Assembly (NCBI GenBank): GCA_964016885.1
Contig: OZ024754.1
Location: forward strand, 38,998,001-39,062,000
Reading direction: 5' to 3'
Length of the DNA stretch: 64,000 bases
DNA from: Eledone cirrhosa
Taxonomy: Eukaryota
Below the pieces are notes generated by a model. The model worked only from the letters and a program-made list of their open reading frames with translations. It ran no database searches and was not told the DNA's origin. Shown here piece by piece: positions 25,579 through 43,489 of the stretch (position 1 is the stretch's first letter; each line of letters opens with the position of its first letter). The translations under genes were made by a program, and so were the position numbers.

Positions 25579-26607
25579 TGATGGTGGTGGGTTGATGGTA
25601 TAGTGTGGGTGTGGTGGTGAGGTGATGGTAGGGTGGAGTATAGTGTGGTGGTGATGGTATGGTGGTATGGGGGTGGTGGTGGGTTGTAGTGCAGTGGTGG
25701 TTGTGGTGGGGTGGGATGATGGGGTTTTTTTTTGGGGGGGGGGGGGGGGGGGGGGGCTTGAAAAGAGGTGAACATATCTGTTTGAAAAATAAACAAATCA
25801 TTTACAGTACAGTCCATACTTCTTCACCATTTTGATACCAAACTGTCTATAAGAACCTTTGGCTCTATCATACAAAACTGTTTCATATTTATCTAAAAAG
25901 CTTCCATCATAATCTTATATAAGAACCTTTGTTAAGTTATGTTCTAAACACCAGCTTAATAATGAGCAAGTTAGTTATATTACAAAAAAAAACCTCCAAA
26001 AATCTTGATTATTTATTTTCAAAAATATTTCATTGAAACACATAGGCAGTGTCTTTCATTAGAAACGTGCTAATGAAAGAGTTAATTCCAGTTAATTCGC
26101 TATATCATAGAATGTCTCAGTCTTCCATAAGCCCCACCACACACATACTCACACACACACACACACACACACACTTCTCATGATACATAGAGTTTGTTTT
26201 ATGTATGATTTAATTACTTCAAACTCGTTGTTTAACTTAAAAACAGTCAGTCAAGTCTTTTGATAATGAACATCTGTATTGTGGACGCAAATATTTTCAT
26301 CATCATTATCGTTTTTTTACTTCCGTTTTTCCACACTTGCATGGGTTGGACAGGTCCTTCTCAGCATGGCACATATATACAGTGTGTGTGTGCGTGTGTG
26401 TGTGTGTGTGTGTGTACACACACACACTGTTTAACGCCTATGATGATGATGATATATATAAATGCATATATATATATATAGGTGTGTGTGTGTGTGTGTA
26501 TGTGTATATATATGTGTGTGTGTGTGTGTGTGTGCGTGTGCGTGCGTGTGCGCGTGTGCGTGTGTGTGCGTGTGCGTGCGTGTGTGTGTGTGTAAATATA
26601 TATAGAG

Positions 26608-26897
26608 AGAGGCATAGAGTTAGTTGACAAGGTCATGAAGGTCACAGAAAGTGTTATTGCACAACTGATTAGAGACTGAATTGATCTAGATGGAATGCAG
26701 TTTGGGTTTGTGCCAAGTAAAAGTAGCACGGATGCTCTCTTCCTTGTACGGCAACAAGGAGGCGTTAGGAAAGCATCCAGCCGTAGAAAACCAGCCTCAA
26801 AACAGTCCTATATGAGTGCAACACGGTCACCCGACCCAGCTTGCCTCAAGTAGGACAAACCCGTCTAAACCATGCTAGCATGGAAGATGGACGTTAA
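26608..26897 (+). mobile_element. Internally deleted RTE LINE: RT N-terminal fragment fused to the 3' tail
   Basis: RGIELVDKVMKVTESVIAQLIRD*IDLDGMQFGFVPSKSSTDALFLVRQ is followed directly by GGCGTTAGGAAAGCATCCAGCCGTAGAAAACC...GGACGTTAA. Confidence 0.8.
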
Positions 26898-27268
26898 CCA
26901 AATATACACCCCAATCCACTACCTTTACCCTATCCTCCCACTCCCACCAACACCAGCCTCTCTCTGTAAAGTTGGTACCACAACATCCAGTCCAAATAAA
27001 TGAGATAATGAGATCGGGTAGGTGTCACGAGGAAAAAAAACACACAGTCCACGCTGTAATGTGGCCGTGTAGGTAACACGGTAAACAGTTCCCAGTTCCA
27101 CACTGTAAATGTGGTTGGTGTTAGGAAGGGCATCCCACAGTAGAAAACCTGCCAGATAGTCCTATATGAGTGAGACACGGTCACCCGACCAACCTTGCCT
27201 CAAGTGGGACAACTCCCGTCTAACCCATGCTAGCGTGGAAAATGGACGTTAAACGAAGATGATGATGA
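26898..27268 (+). mobile_element. RTE LINE 3'-UTR copy with (GAT)n tail
   Basis: Colinear with ~63405-63755. Confidence 0.88.
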
Positions 27269-27307
27269 TATATATATATATATTTATACTGTTTAGCGTC
27301 TATGATG

Positions 27308-27360
<53 letters not shown>

Positions 27361-27780
27361 CACACACATATATATGAATGTGTATATATATATATGTAAA
27401 GTATGGTATTCACAACTCATCTTCATTGGACATGTTATGCTGCAAGATGTATTGTTTATGCAGTATATAAACAAATGTCATCATTTCCTTTAAATGTTGT
27501 TGGTTTGAAGGAAGTTTATCACACACACACACGTACATAGTAAGGTAAACATTATATATAGATATACATGCATATATATATGCGTGTGTGTGTTTGTTTG
27601 AAGGAGGTGGATAAAGTATCATCACCACCATCACCATCACCATCATTCCCACTGTTTAATGTCTATTTTCTATGCTTGCATGGGTTAGACGGCTCTTGTA
27701 TGCTGAAGCTAGACCAGTCAGGTGACTAGGTCCTGCTCATATGCTTTGTTTGGGCTTGGTTTCTATGGTTGGAGGCCCTT

Positions 27781-28390
27781 CCTGACAACTACCACATTAC
27801 AGCATATACTAGGAGCATGGTTTCTACTATTGGATACCCTTCCCAACACCAACCTGTTACAGCGTGTACAGAGAGCATGGTTTCTACAACTGGATACCCT
27901 TCCCAACACCAACCTGTTACAGCGTGTACAGGGAGCATGGTTTCTACGACTGGATACCCTTCCCAACACCAACCTGTTACAGCGTGTACAGGGAGCATGG
28001 TTTCTACGACTGGATACCCTTCCCAACACCAACCTGTTACAACGTGTACAGGGAGCATGGTTTCTACGACTAGATACCCTTCCCAACACCAACCTGTTAT
28101 AGCGTGTACAGGGAGCATGGTTTCTACGACTGGATACCCTTCCCAACACCAACCTGTTACAGCGTATACAGGGAGCATGGTTTCTACGACTGGATACCCT
28201 TCCCAACACCAACCTGTTACAGCATGTACAGGGAGCATGGTTTCTACAACTGGATACCCTTCCCAACACCAACCTGTTACAGCGTATACAGAGAGCATGG
28301 TTTCTACTGTTAGATGCCCTAACATCAACCACTTTATAGTGTGTACAGGGAGCATGGTTTCTACTGTTGGATACTCTTCCTAACAACTTT
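27781..28390 (-). repeat. 60-bp tandem array (~10 copies) derived from the RTE/SINE 3' tail
   Basis: The unit contains GGTTTCTACGACTGGATACCCTTCCCAACACCAACC, the reverse complement of GGTTGGTGTTAGGAAGGGCATCCAGCCGTAGAAACC. A tail remnant precedes it at 27620-27780. Confidence 0.92.
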
Positions 28391-28777
28391 TTCACAGTTG
28401 TACTGGGAGCATTGTATGGGGGCAAAGTGTGTATAATGTAAAAAAGAAAACCTTCCAAAACCCTTCCAAAAAACCCCTCAAAATGTGTATTTCATTTTAT
28501 TTTTAAAGTCAAAAATGTTGAAAAGTCAACAACACTTTAAAAGTATCAGTTAGGAATTAGATTAAAATGTCCCAACACTGTGTCAATGCTTCATTTCTGT
28601 ATGTGAAGTGATAAGGTTATACGTGAACAAGTTCTTTTCTAGAACAATATTTAAAATCTAAAATATTCTAGTCATCTCCAAAATATGATCAAGCTGTTTA
28701 TTTTATTTAGTTTTGGCAAAGAACCCAATCAAGCTGCTATCTGGAATGTATTTATTTACTTAATTATATATATAGAC

Positions 28778-28817
<40 letters not shown>

Positions 28818-28913
28818 ATATAAACACACACACACACACACACACACCCACACATATATATACACACATAAACACATATATACATACACATATATACACA
28901 CATACACTCACAC

Positions 28914-28952
<39 letters not shown>

Positions 28953-29056
28953 AACACATACATACACATATATATACACATATATACACACATGCACTGA
29001 CGCACACACACATATATACACACACATGTATGCATTGTATAGATATACACTCACAC

Positions 29057-29097
<41 letters not shown>

Positions 29098-29158
29098 CAT
29101 ATAAACACACATATATACATATAAACACACACACACTCATAATATATATATACACATC

Positions 29159-29187
<29 letters not shown>

Positions 29188-29195
<8 letters not shown>

Positions 29196-29290
29196 ATACT
29201 TTGGGAGGGTCATGTTGCCAATAAGAAGTGAAAGCAACTGGTGCGTGTGTTTCTTATTGGCAACATGACCCTCCCAAAGTATAACAATAT
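29188..29290. repeat. Perfect 40-bp inverted repeat (23-nt spacer) in a (TA)n-flanked island
   Basis: Arms at 29188-29227 and 29251-29290. The island extends to ~29347. Confidence 0.9.
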
Positions 29291-29344
29291 CGGTTTCAAC
29301 ACACGATTTCAGATAAAGAATCTTGCTAAACAAATTCAGAAACG

Positions 29345-29386
<42 letters not shown>

Positions 29387-29782
29387 TGTGTGTGTGTGTG
29401 TATACACACAATCAATACATAAGCCAACAAAGAAGTTTATAAGTTCAGCCATCTGCTGAGATACACACACTGACCTAATAATTCTCTCTTTACCAAATCT
29501 CTGACGATGACCTTCAATACCAAGACAGGCAATGTAAGCCAATAGAAAAACATGTCATGTGTGACATGAGACATATCAGCCAATAGAAAGACTTGTTACA
29601 GATAGCTAGAAACACGCCAATATTTCTTGTGAAAGATACAGCTTATGATTTTCAAATGATTTTGAAATTAATCAAGAATTTGGAAGGATTTAGAAACATA
29701 ACTTTCTCATTATTTAACTGTTGTTTGGAACTTAGAGGCTCATATCTTACTGAAAATTATGATTTTTAGATAAATATAAACT

Positions 29783-30056
29783 GTTGGTACCACAGAACAT
29801 CCAGTCCAAACTAAAGAGGTTGTGTAGGTGTCACGACAAAAAGCACCCAGTCCACGCTGTAAAGAGGCCGTGTAGGAGACATGGTAAAAAGGCTCCCAGT
29901 TCACACTGAAAATGTGGTTGGCGTTAGGAAGGGCATCCAGCCACAGAAAACCTGCCAGATACAGTCCTATACGAGCGAGACATGGTCATCTGATCAATCT
30001 TGCCTCAAATGGGACAATTCCCGTCTAACCCATGCTAGCGTGGAAGATAGACGTTG
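29783..30056 (+). mobile_element. RTE 3'-UTR copy, same subfamily as 10880-11176
   Basis: Shares AACATCCAGTCCAAACTAAAGAGGTTGTGTAGG and GATACAGTCCTATACGAGCGAGAC with the 10.9-kb copy. Confidence 0.88.
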
Positions 30057-30559
30057 TTACCACATTTTTAACAAAAAACACTTCTTATGATTTTCAAATA
30101 ATTTTGAAAATAATCAACAAATTTGGAGGGATTTGTTAATAACTTTCTTACTATTTATCTGGCATTTGAAACAACTCAAAGGTTCTTACATGTGACAGAG
30201 GGGTTTAGTACCCCTATACCATACCTTTGGGATACTGCGCCATACCTAGTCTATTGAGTTCGTGGTTGACCATCAAGATTTTGATTGGTTATAGATTTAA
30301 ATTTATCAAGGAATCAAAGACAATGTGCCAACATCTATACAAACTATATTACCTATATTACAGTTCTGCTATTGATCTGTTTGATAGTCAGGGCCATCAC
30401 AATCTACTGATCAATACTGATTACCAATATTGATTTCTTTGATGAAAAACAAAGTAGCCCAAAGCAGGTATTGAACAGAGAACACAGGAGGGCAAAATAT
30501 AATAGTGTAGAGCACTTAGCCTAATGCTCCACCATTTAAAAAACCACTATTGATTTCTT

Positions 30560-30855
30560 ACAAAAACTGGGAATAAGAGGAATCAGATATAGTATGCAAG
30601 AAAGAAGACTGCACTGGTATTGACATGTAATATGTATGGATGGATAATGGCAAATTGGGTAAAGAAGTGAAAGGAAGCTGCAGATGAGTAAGACCAAGGA
30701 AGACATGAGTAGACATGATAAACAATTATTTCAGTATGTTGAAACTCACAAAGGAGATGACAAACACAACAAATGGCGAGACACATTGTAAGAAAGCTCA
30801 CAGGTCACATCTAATCCATGCAAACATGGAAAAGTGGACATAAAAATGATGGTGT
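30560..30855 (+). mobile_element. Old degenerate RTE ORF2 C-terminus and tail
   Basis: Translation KLGIRGIRYSMQERRLHWY*HV...RPRKT, with tail CCATGCAAACATGGAAAAGTGGAC. Confidence 0.7.
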
Positions 30856-32685
30856 TGTTACAGTTCACACCAATGTAGTGTTAGCTGGCCTCTTGCAAAT
30901 GTTGCATCTCACAGGAGGTTTCTTGGGTGTTTTAATAGAGGCCCCACTCTGCTGCAAGAGCTAAGCCCAGCTGTTGCAGGTACTCTTTATTTTTTTTTTT
31001 TTTCAACTGAATGAACTGAAGCAATATGAAATAAAGTGCTGCCTAATCCAGGAATCAAACACACAAACTTATGATTGTGAGTCTAACACCCTAACCATTA
31101 GGCCACACCTTTACATCATGATGATCATGCTGAATTTTAGATTGATATAAATAAAGAAATGAGCCACTGTGATGTTCATGCCTTTCTCCAGTCCATTTTC
31201 AACACAAGTTTAAACAAAATTGCTATAAATGCTAGACCAACACTGAGTCACAGACCCTAAAAGTAGATCAATGGCAACATTTAGTTTTGTTTTAGAGAAC
31301 AAAATGCATCCTTACATTTCCATATTTCTAACGAAAGACACTGTCAATGATTTTCAAATCATTTTGAAAATTCATCCAGAGTTTCGAGGATTTAATAATA
31401 TAACTAACTTGTTCATTACGCTGGTGTTTGGAACATAACTTAAAGGTTCTCACATAAATTATAAAAGAGATAAATATCAGCACTTTAAAATATACAGCTT
31501 TGTATCGTAAAACCAGTGTGATTTCAGCCATTTTACTATGAAAATGGTGAAGCAATAAAAAACACTCAATATTAAAGATTTTAAAACAAAATAGACATTA
31601 CATAAAGTCAAGATTGTAATATGTGAGTGTGAGTAGAGATAGATAGATGGAACTGTAAAACCAAACCTATACAAAAGAAAATAAAAAAAATTCATGTAAG
31701 ATGGATGAAAAATAAATATCTTGTCTCTTTATGGTACCTAAAAGCCATATTAGAAACAATTCATCATTTTAAGAGCAATGAAAAATTCATATGCAGGTAA
31801 CATGGAAATTACATGAAAATTTTATACGATTTATATATGAAACATATTCAAAGAAGTTAGAAGCAGTAACAAAGAAAGATCCTTTGTGTAGAAATGGTAG
31901 CATACCAAAGAGTTTTATAGCTTGAAGCCAAACATTTCAAACAGGAATGGTAGGTAGCACACACTAAAGGGGGCAGCTTTTCAACAAGAGAGTGGTAGCA
32001 TACCAGAGAGAGATCGAGACTGTATTATGGCAAACAATTTCCAAAGGAGGTAGTAACATACGAAGAGATAAGTGTTATGCCAAACATATCAAAAGATTAT
32101 AGCAAAAATAAAAGAAATAGCATTCCGTTTGATAAGAAGAGATCTCCCAAAGTTTAATTTTATTTTCTAATTTAAGAAATATTTAAAAGACAAACAATTT
32201 TTATAGCCAAAAAAAACCATGCAGAGTATATCAAGGCACAATTTGAACTATATATATGTGGAATTTGTACTAATGTATGGAATGTGTACTACTTATATAT
32301 GGAATTTGTACTTGTATATGGAATGTATACTTATATATGGAATTTGAACTTATATATGGAATTTGAACTTATGTGTAAATAAGGGAAATAGCTTTTCTTT
32401 TGAACATATATAAAAAACACAACTGGGTTCTAATTTTTAACCTTTTTCTTTAAATTCAGGTTTGCTAATATTTTTGTATGAATTTGGCAAGGAACAATTA
32501 AATTCCTAAATCCACTATCAACATTTCTAGATCATCGCAGATAAATTTTCAAAATGAAGTGATACTGATAGATATATATATATTTATTAAAATAACAGAT
32601 TAAAGTTTAAGCAAAGAATCGCTGCTTTTTAGTGGGATCTTATGAAACTAAAAAAAAAATCAATGATTTTTTTTTAGTTTCAGAA

Positions 32686-32925
32686 GGAAATTTGAAATGT
32701 AGTTAATCACTATAAATGGTTGAGAAAGTTGGATAAATACTTCTGGAGATAGCAAAAAGTGGAAAGAGATGCCGGCAAGGAAACAAACCCTACACCTCTC
32801 ATTGGTTCCTCTGCCCACTTCTTATCCATTTCCAGAGGTACTTCACAGTTTTCTCAACTATTATTTATAATGATAGATTATTATCATAGTAATTTGCATT
32901 GGGACGACTACATTTCAAATTTTCC
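32686..32925. mobile_element. Degenerate fold-back/MITE-like element
   Basis: Outer arms GGAAATTTGAAATGTAGT / ACTACATTTCAAATTTTCC. Inner arms GTTGAGAAA..TACTTCTGGA..AAGTGG / CCACTT..TCCAGAGGTA..TTTCTCAAC. Confidence 0.5.
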
Positions 32926-33527
32926 CAATACTTCTTAGGTCAACCAGTTGTTTATACATACATGTGTGTGTGTGTGTATAATGTATGTAGATATGTCTGG
33001 GTGTATGTATGCGAGTCTGTGTGTTGCTATTCAAATTAGCAGCATATAAAAGCAAACATTAGTAGAAGACCCAAAAAAATCAAGAGTCAAAAAATTAAAA
33101 AAAATAAAAAGAAAAGAAACTGCAGAGATTGGCATGGGGGAAGAGCATGGTTGGAAGGGCATGGGTGAAGATGCAAAAGAAGAGAAGATTGGAAAGAAAA
33201 GAAGAGAAGAGAAAAATAGAAAGAAAGAGAGCTTTATCAAAATGGCTACTGGGAATCTGTTCTTGGGATAGATTTTATTTCTAAATACTAAAGAAATTGG
33301 TTGGCTGACAAATTTAGGTGGAATTTTTAGTAGTTTTGTTTTTCTAAGTCACTGAAATTTTGTATGTGTGAATATGTTATCAGATTGTTTTTCTCCTGTA
33401 CTAGAAAACATAATAATTCTTAACATCCTGTAATGATTGAGAAGAAAACATCTATAAATGTTTTTCTTGATTTAACTGTTTACAGTATATTTATTTGTGA
33501 ATAAATATTTGTGAAAATTTGCAGTAT

Positions 33528-33938
33528 TTAACCCTTTAGCATTTTCATTACTCTATATATACTATTATATTTTTATGGTAAAGGCTTTACCTCACATAAT
33601 ATCAAATCTGAGATTTTGATATTATTTATTTTACGGTGGATTGACAGTATTGGTAGAGTGTCGGATGCCATGCTTTGGCGCATAGAGTTACGGCCCTTGC
33701 CATTCTGAGTTCAAATCCCGCCGAGGTTAACTTTGCCTTTCATCCTTACGGGGTCGATAAAATAAAGTACCAGTAATACACTGGGTAATTGCTGGCCTTG
33801 TGCCTAACGTAGAAACAATTATTTATTTTGAGAACAATACCTTAACATCAGTATGAGTGGTTGGTTGCAGCCGGTTTGAACAGAAAGAGGTGAGGGAATT
33901 CTGGACGGATACGGCCAGTTTAAATGCTAAAGGGTTAA
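33528..33938 (+). mobile_element. MITE family A interrupted by a SINE
   Basis: TAACCCTTTAGCATT ... AATGCTAAAGGGTTAA TIRs. Confidence 0.85.
33633..33817 (+). mobile_element. Full-length tRNA-derived SINE family S1 with TSD
   Basis: A-box-like TGACAGTATTGG, B box GAGTTCAAATCCC and central TTGCCTTTCATCCTTACGGGGTCGATAAAATAAAGTACCAG. A 12-bp TSD ATTATTTATTTT lies at 33621-33632 and 33818-33829. Confidence 0.9.
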
Positions 33939-34007
33939 ATAGAGATTTCAATTTTTACTATGATGCAATTATAATGGTGTTTTTCTTCTTTCAGCGTCAT
34001 CATCATC

Positions 34008-34222
34008 TAACATTTAAACCGGCCGTATCCAGCCAGAATTCTCTCACCGCTTTCTGTTCAAACTGGCTGTACCCGGCCATTCATACTGATGTTAAGGTAT
34101 TGTTCTCAAAATAAATAATCTCATAGATTCGATATTATTTATTTAGATAATTATGAAAGATAAAGCCTTTACTGTGAAAATATAATAGTAAATATAGAGT
34201 AACATAAATGCTACAGGGTTAA
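34008..34222 (-). mobile_element. MITE family A, inverted relative to 33528-33938
   Basis: CATTTAAACCGGCCGTATCCAGCCAGAATTCTCTCACC ... AATGCTACAGGGTTAA. Confidence 0.8.
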
Positions 34223-35616
34223 TGTCTGTTTTCCATGCTTGCTTGGATTAGATGGTTGTCATGTGTTGAAGCCACACCCATCAGGAGACTGGGTGCTACT
34301 TGTATGCTTTGTTTTGGTTTGGTTTAGATACTACAGCTGGACTTAGAAAACTTGCCAGAAATGATCTCATCAAACCCAAGCAAGCATGGAAAAATAAACG
34401 GCTAAAAATGATATTGGAAATAAACTAAGTGAATACTAAATAGATACTCTCGGGTCTCAAGTAACAGTCCCCCTACCCACCCCACTTATTAATTTTTCAG
34501 ATTTTTTCCAACCCCAACGCCCCAACTCCCTCCCCTGCTTATTCCAGCACCCACCACCACGGCTTATTCCATATTCTACCACCACCCCTTATTCCAACTC
34601 CCTCCCCTGCTTATTCCAGCCCCCCCACCAACACCCCCCACCCTTCCGGCTTATTCCACCACCACCACCACCACTCCCTCCAGCTTATTCCAGCAAACCG
34701 TGGCTTATTCCACCACCACCCTTCTTTATTCCAAACCCCTCGCTTCACCACAACAGTAGACAACATTGATATTATTGAAATGAAATATAATACTTCTTTA
34801 CTGCAATATATCATTAAAATAATAATAAGTCTGGACACTGACATATAGAAGATGTCCCAGCAGCAGCAGCAGCAACAACAACAACAGTAACCTTCCTTTC
34901 TAGTCTAACCAATACCACACCCAATAAACCAAAATATCTGCTTTCCTTCAACCACCCACTGATAACTAACAATGCTTATTTGGTTTCTCTATATGGTAAA
35001 CTTGGTTCCTCAACGGTCTAGCTTCAATGTTACCCACTTCACTTCATATTAACTCTTTGAGTACCAAAATACATATTAGTACTGTCTTTTAATTCCCACC
35101 CTTTTATGTGCTGAATATATACTGGTATGTTTTAAGTTTAGTTTGGGAAGCACAAGAACAGACAAAGTAAATAAAGTGAATTTTATAAAAATATTTCTTA
35201 TTTTAAAACAATTCCTCCAAACTGCTATTTGTAAGCAAAGAAAGAGTTTACAAATGATACAATCCAACCACCACTACTACTACCACTAATACTATTACCA
35301 CTACTAATACTACCACTAATACTACCACCACTACCATCACCACTACCGGTTATTATAGCCAGTTGGAACAGAAAGAGGTAAGAGAATTCTGGCCAGATAC
35401 GGCCAGTTTAAATGCTAAAGGGTTTTAATCCACTCCTCCAACAATTGCCAATTCTCAACCTATACTACCTTCTCCATGCCACCGATGTTGTCCAAGGGAA
35501 AGACAATGGCCAATATAGCTTGGTACCAGTGACCTCATAACATATATACACACTATATATATCCTATATATACACTTTATACGCACTATATGTATTTTAT
35601 ATATACACTATATATA

Positions 35617-35815
35617 ATGTTGTCCAAGGGAAAAGCAATGACTGATACAGCTTGGCACCACTGACATCGCAACTTATTTCTACAGCTGAGTAAACAGAAC
35701 CAATGTGAAATAAAGTGTCTTGCTCAAGGACACAACGCATCACCCGGTCCGAGAATCGAACTCGCAACCTCCCAATTGCAAGCCCAATGCTCTAACCACT
35801 AAGCCATGCGCCTTC
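35617..35815 (-). mobile_element. tRNA-derived CORE-type SINE with tail type B
   Basis: The minus strand reads GGCGCATGGCTTAGTGGTTAGAGC...GAGTTCGATTCTCGGACCGGG...TGTGTCCTTGAGCAAGACACTTTATTTCAC. Confidence 0.85.
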
Positions 35816-35934
35816 ACACACCAACACCACAACAAACAAAAGACAAAGTCGTAATATATATGTTGTTGATTGGGAAAAAAAGATAAACATTTCTGACCAC
35901 ACCTTGAAATAAACATCCTATACAGACACTGACT

Positions 35935-36580
35935 CACTACTGCCACCACCACCACCAATACTACTACCACCACCACCACCACCACCAATACTACTACCAC
36001 CACCACCACCAATACTACTACTACCACCACCACCAATACTACTACTACCACCACCACCACCACCAATACCACTACTACCACCACCACCAATACTACTACT
36101 ACCACCACCACCACCAATACCACTACTACCACCACCACCACCAGTACTACTACTACTACCACCACCAATACCACTACTACCACCACCACCACCACCAGTA
36201 CTACTACTACTACCACCACCACCACCAGTACTACTACTACTACCACCACCACCACCACCAATACTACTACTACCACCACCCCACCAATACCACTACTACC
36301 ACCACCACCACCACCACCAGTACTACTACTACTACCACCACCACCAGTACTACTACTACTACCACCACCACCACCACCAATACTACTACTACCACCACCA
36401 CCACCAATACCACTACTACCACCACCACCACAACCAGTACTACTACTACTACCACCACCACCACCAATACTACTACTACCACCACCAATACCACTACTAC
36501 CACCACCACCACCACCACCAGTACTACTACTACTACCACCACCACCACCAATACCACTACTACTACCACCACCACAACTA
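35935..36580. repeat. (ACC)/(ACT) trinucleotide array
   Basis: Direct inspection. It is the source of the poly-Val pseudo-ORFs. Confidence 0.97.
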
Positions 36581-36949
36581 CAGGGATTTCCAACTATTTC
36601 ATTACCAAGGACTGTCTTTTATTTAAATGAACTCCACCTTAGGCACAAGGAGACCTCCTCCCCCACTACAATTACTCCCCTCTCAGTGAAAATTTGAGAA
36701 GAATCAATACCCAATAATTGTTTCTACGTTTGGCACAAATACCCAATAATGTGAACATGTAATGTTTTTAACAAAATACTTCAAATTTTGAACTTTCACC
36801 CCCCAGGGGCAAATAAATAAATCCCCAGACAGGAGCAGTATATTCCAAGAGATGGCAACATGAATGGACCTGTTATTTTTATCTAAAGACATTTTTTCCA
36901 ATTCCACCCAGCCCGTCACTTCAATCTTTCTAATTTCTCATTCTTTCTT

Positions 36950-36978
36950 CTGATAAAGGACTAGCGTCCGAAACGTTG
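36950..36978 (+). ncRNA. Degenerate Penelope-type hammerhead-like motif
   Basis: CTGATAA-A-GGAC-TAGC-GTCC-GAAACGTT. G8 is mutated and stem I is not convincing. Confidence 0.35.
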
Positions 36979-37214
36979 ACAATCTCTTCCTGCTATTAAA
37001 ACTAATTTTTATATAGAAATAACAGAGTAGTTTGTTTTAGGAGGCAGTTTATTGCTCATCGGTTTACTAAGTTAACACATCTTTTAGAATAGTAAACAGG
37101 TAACTTAGTCATCTGAGAATGACAGGTGCAGCCTTGGAAGAGATGATATTAAAATGCCAGCTAAAATGCAAAATGGAAGCTGCATGCTGAATAAATGGAA
37201 CCAACTATGTGCAT

Positions 37215-42935
<5,721 letters not shown>

Positions 42936-43079
42936 GTGTGTGTATGTATGTATTTATATCTTATATTAATTATAAATCAGACCAAAATATGTCTTTTGGG
43001 GGGGGGGGGGTAAAAATAAAAATAAAATATATTGCTTCAAAAACAAATAAATATTTAAACACAATAATAATAATAATAA

Positions 43080-43310
43080 TTGTTTCTACTTTAGACACAA
43101 GGCTAGCAAATACCCAGTACATTACTGGTACTTTATTTTATCGACCCCGTAAGGATGAAAGGCAAAGTTAACCTTGGAGGGATTTGAACTCAGTCCGTAA
43201 AGGGACGTAACTGAGTTCAAATCCCTCCAACGTTAACTTTGACTTTCATCCTTACGGGGTCGATAAAATAAAGTACCAGTAATGTACTGGGTAATTGCTG
43301 GCCTTGTGCC
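43080..43310. mobile_element. S1 SINE folded back on itself (head-to-head palindrome)
   Basis: Arms ~43096-43193 and 43211-43308 with a 17-nt spacer. Confidence 0.85.
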
Positions 43311-43489
43311 AATATGAAGCAAGCTGCAGAGGTGCTGGCATGGATTTAAATAATTAAAAAAATTAATTAATCTATCTTATCAATCAAATCAACTTTTTAT
43401 TGATCCCAGTCTGAAAAGTGTGCTGAGTATTGAGTACTTTTACTGGTACTGGAGGGTAAAGGAGTGTAGGCTGGTGGTGTTGTGTTGTG

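Noticed and set aside
27722-28458. Repeat-protein ORFs of 126-231 aa
   Set aside because: They are a by-product of a 60-bp (in-frame) array derived from a non-coding LINE tail, and are open on both strands.
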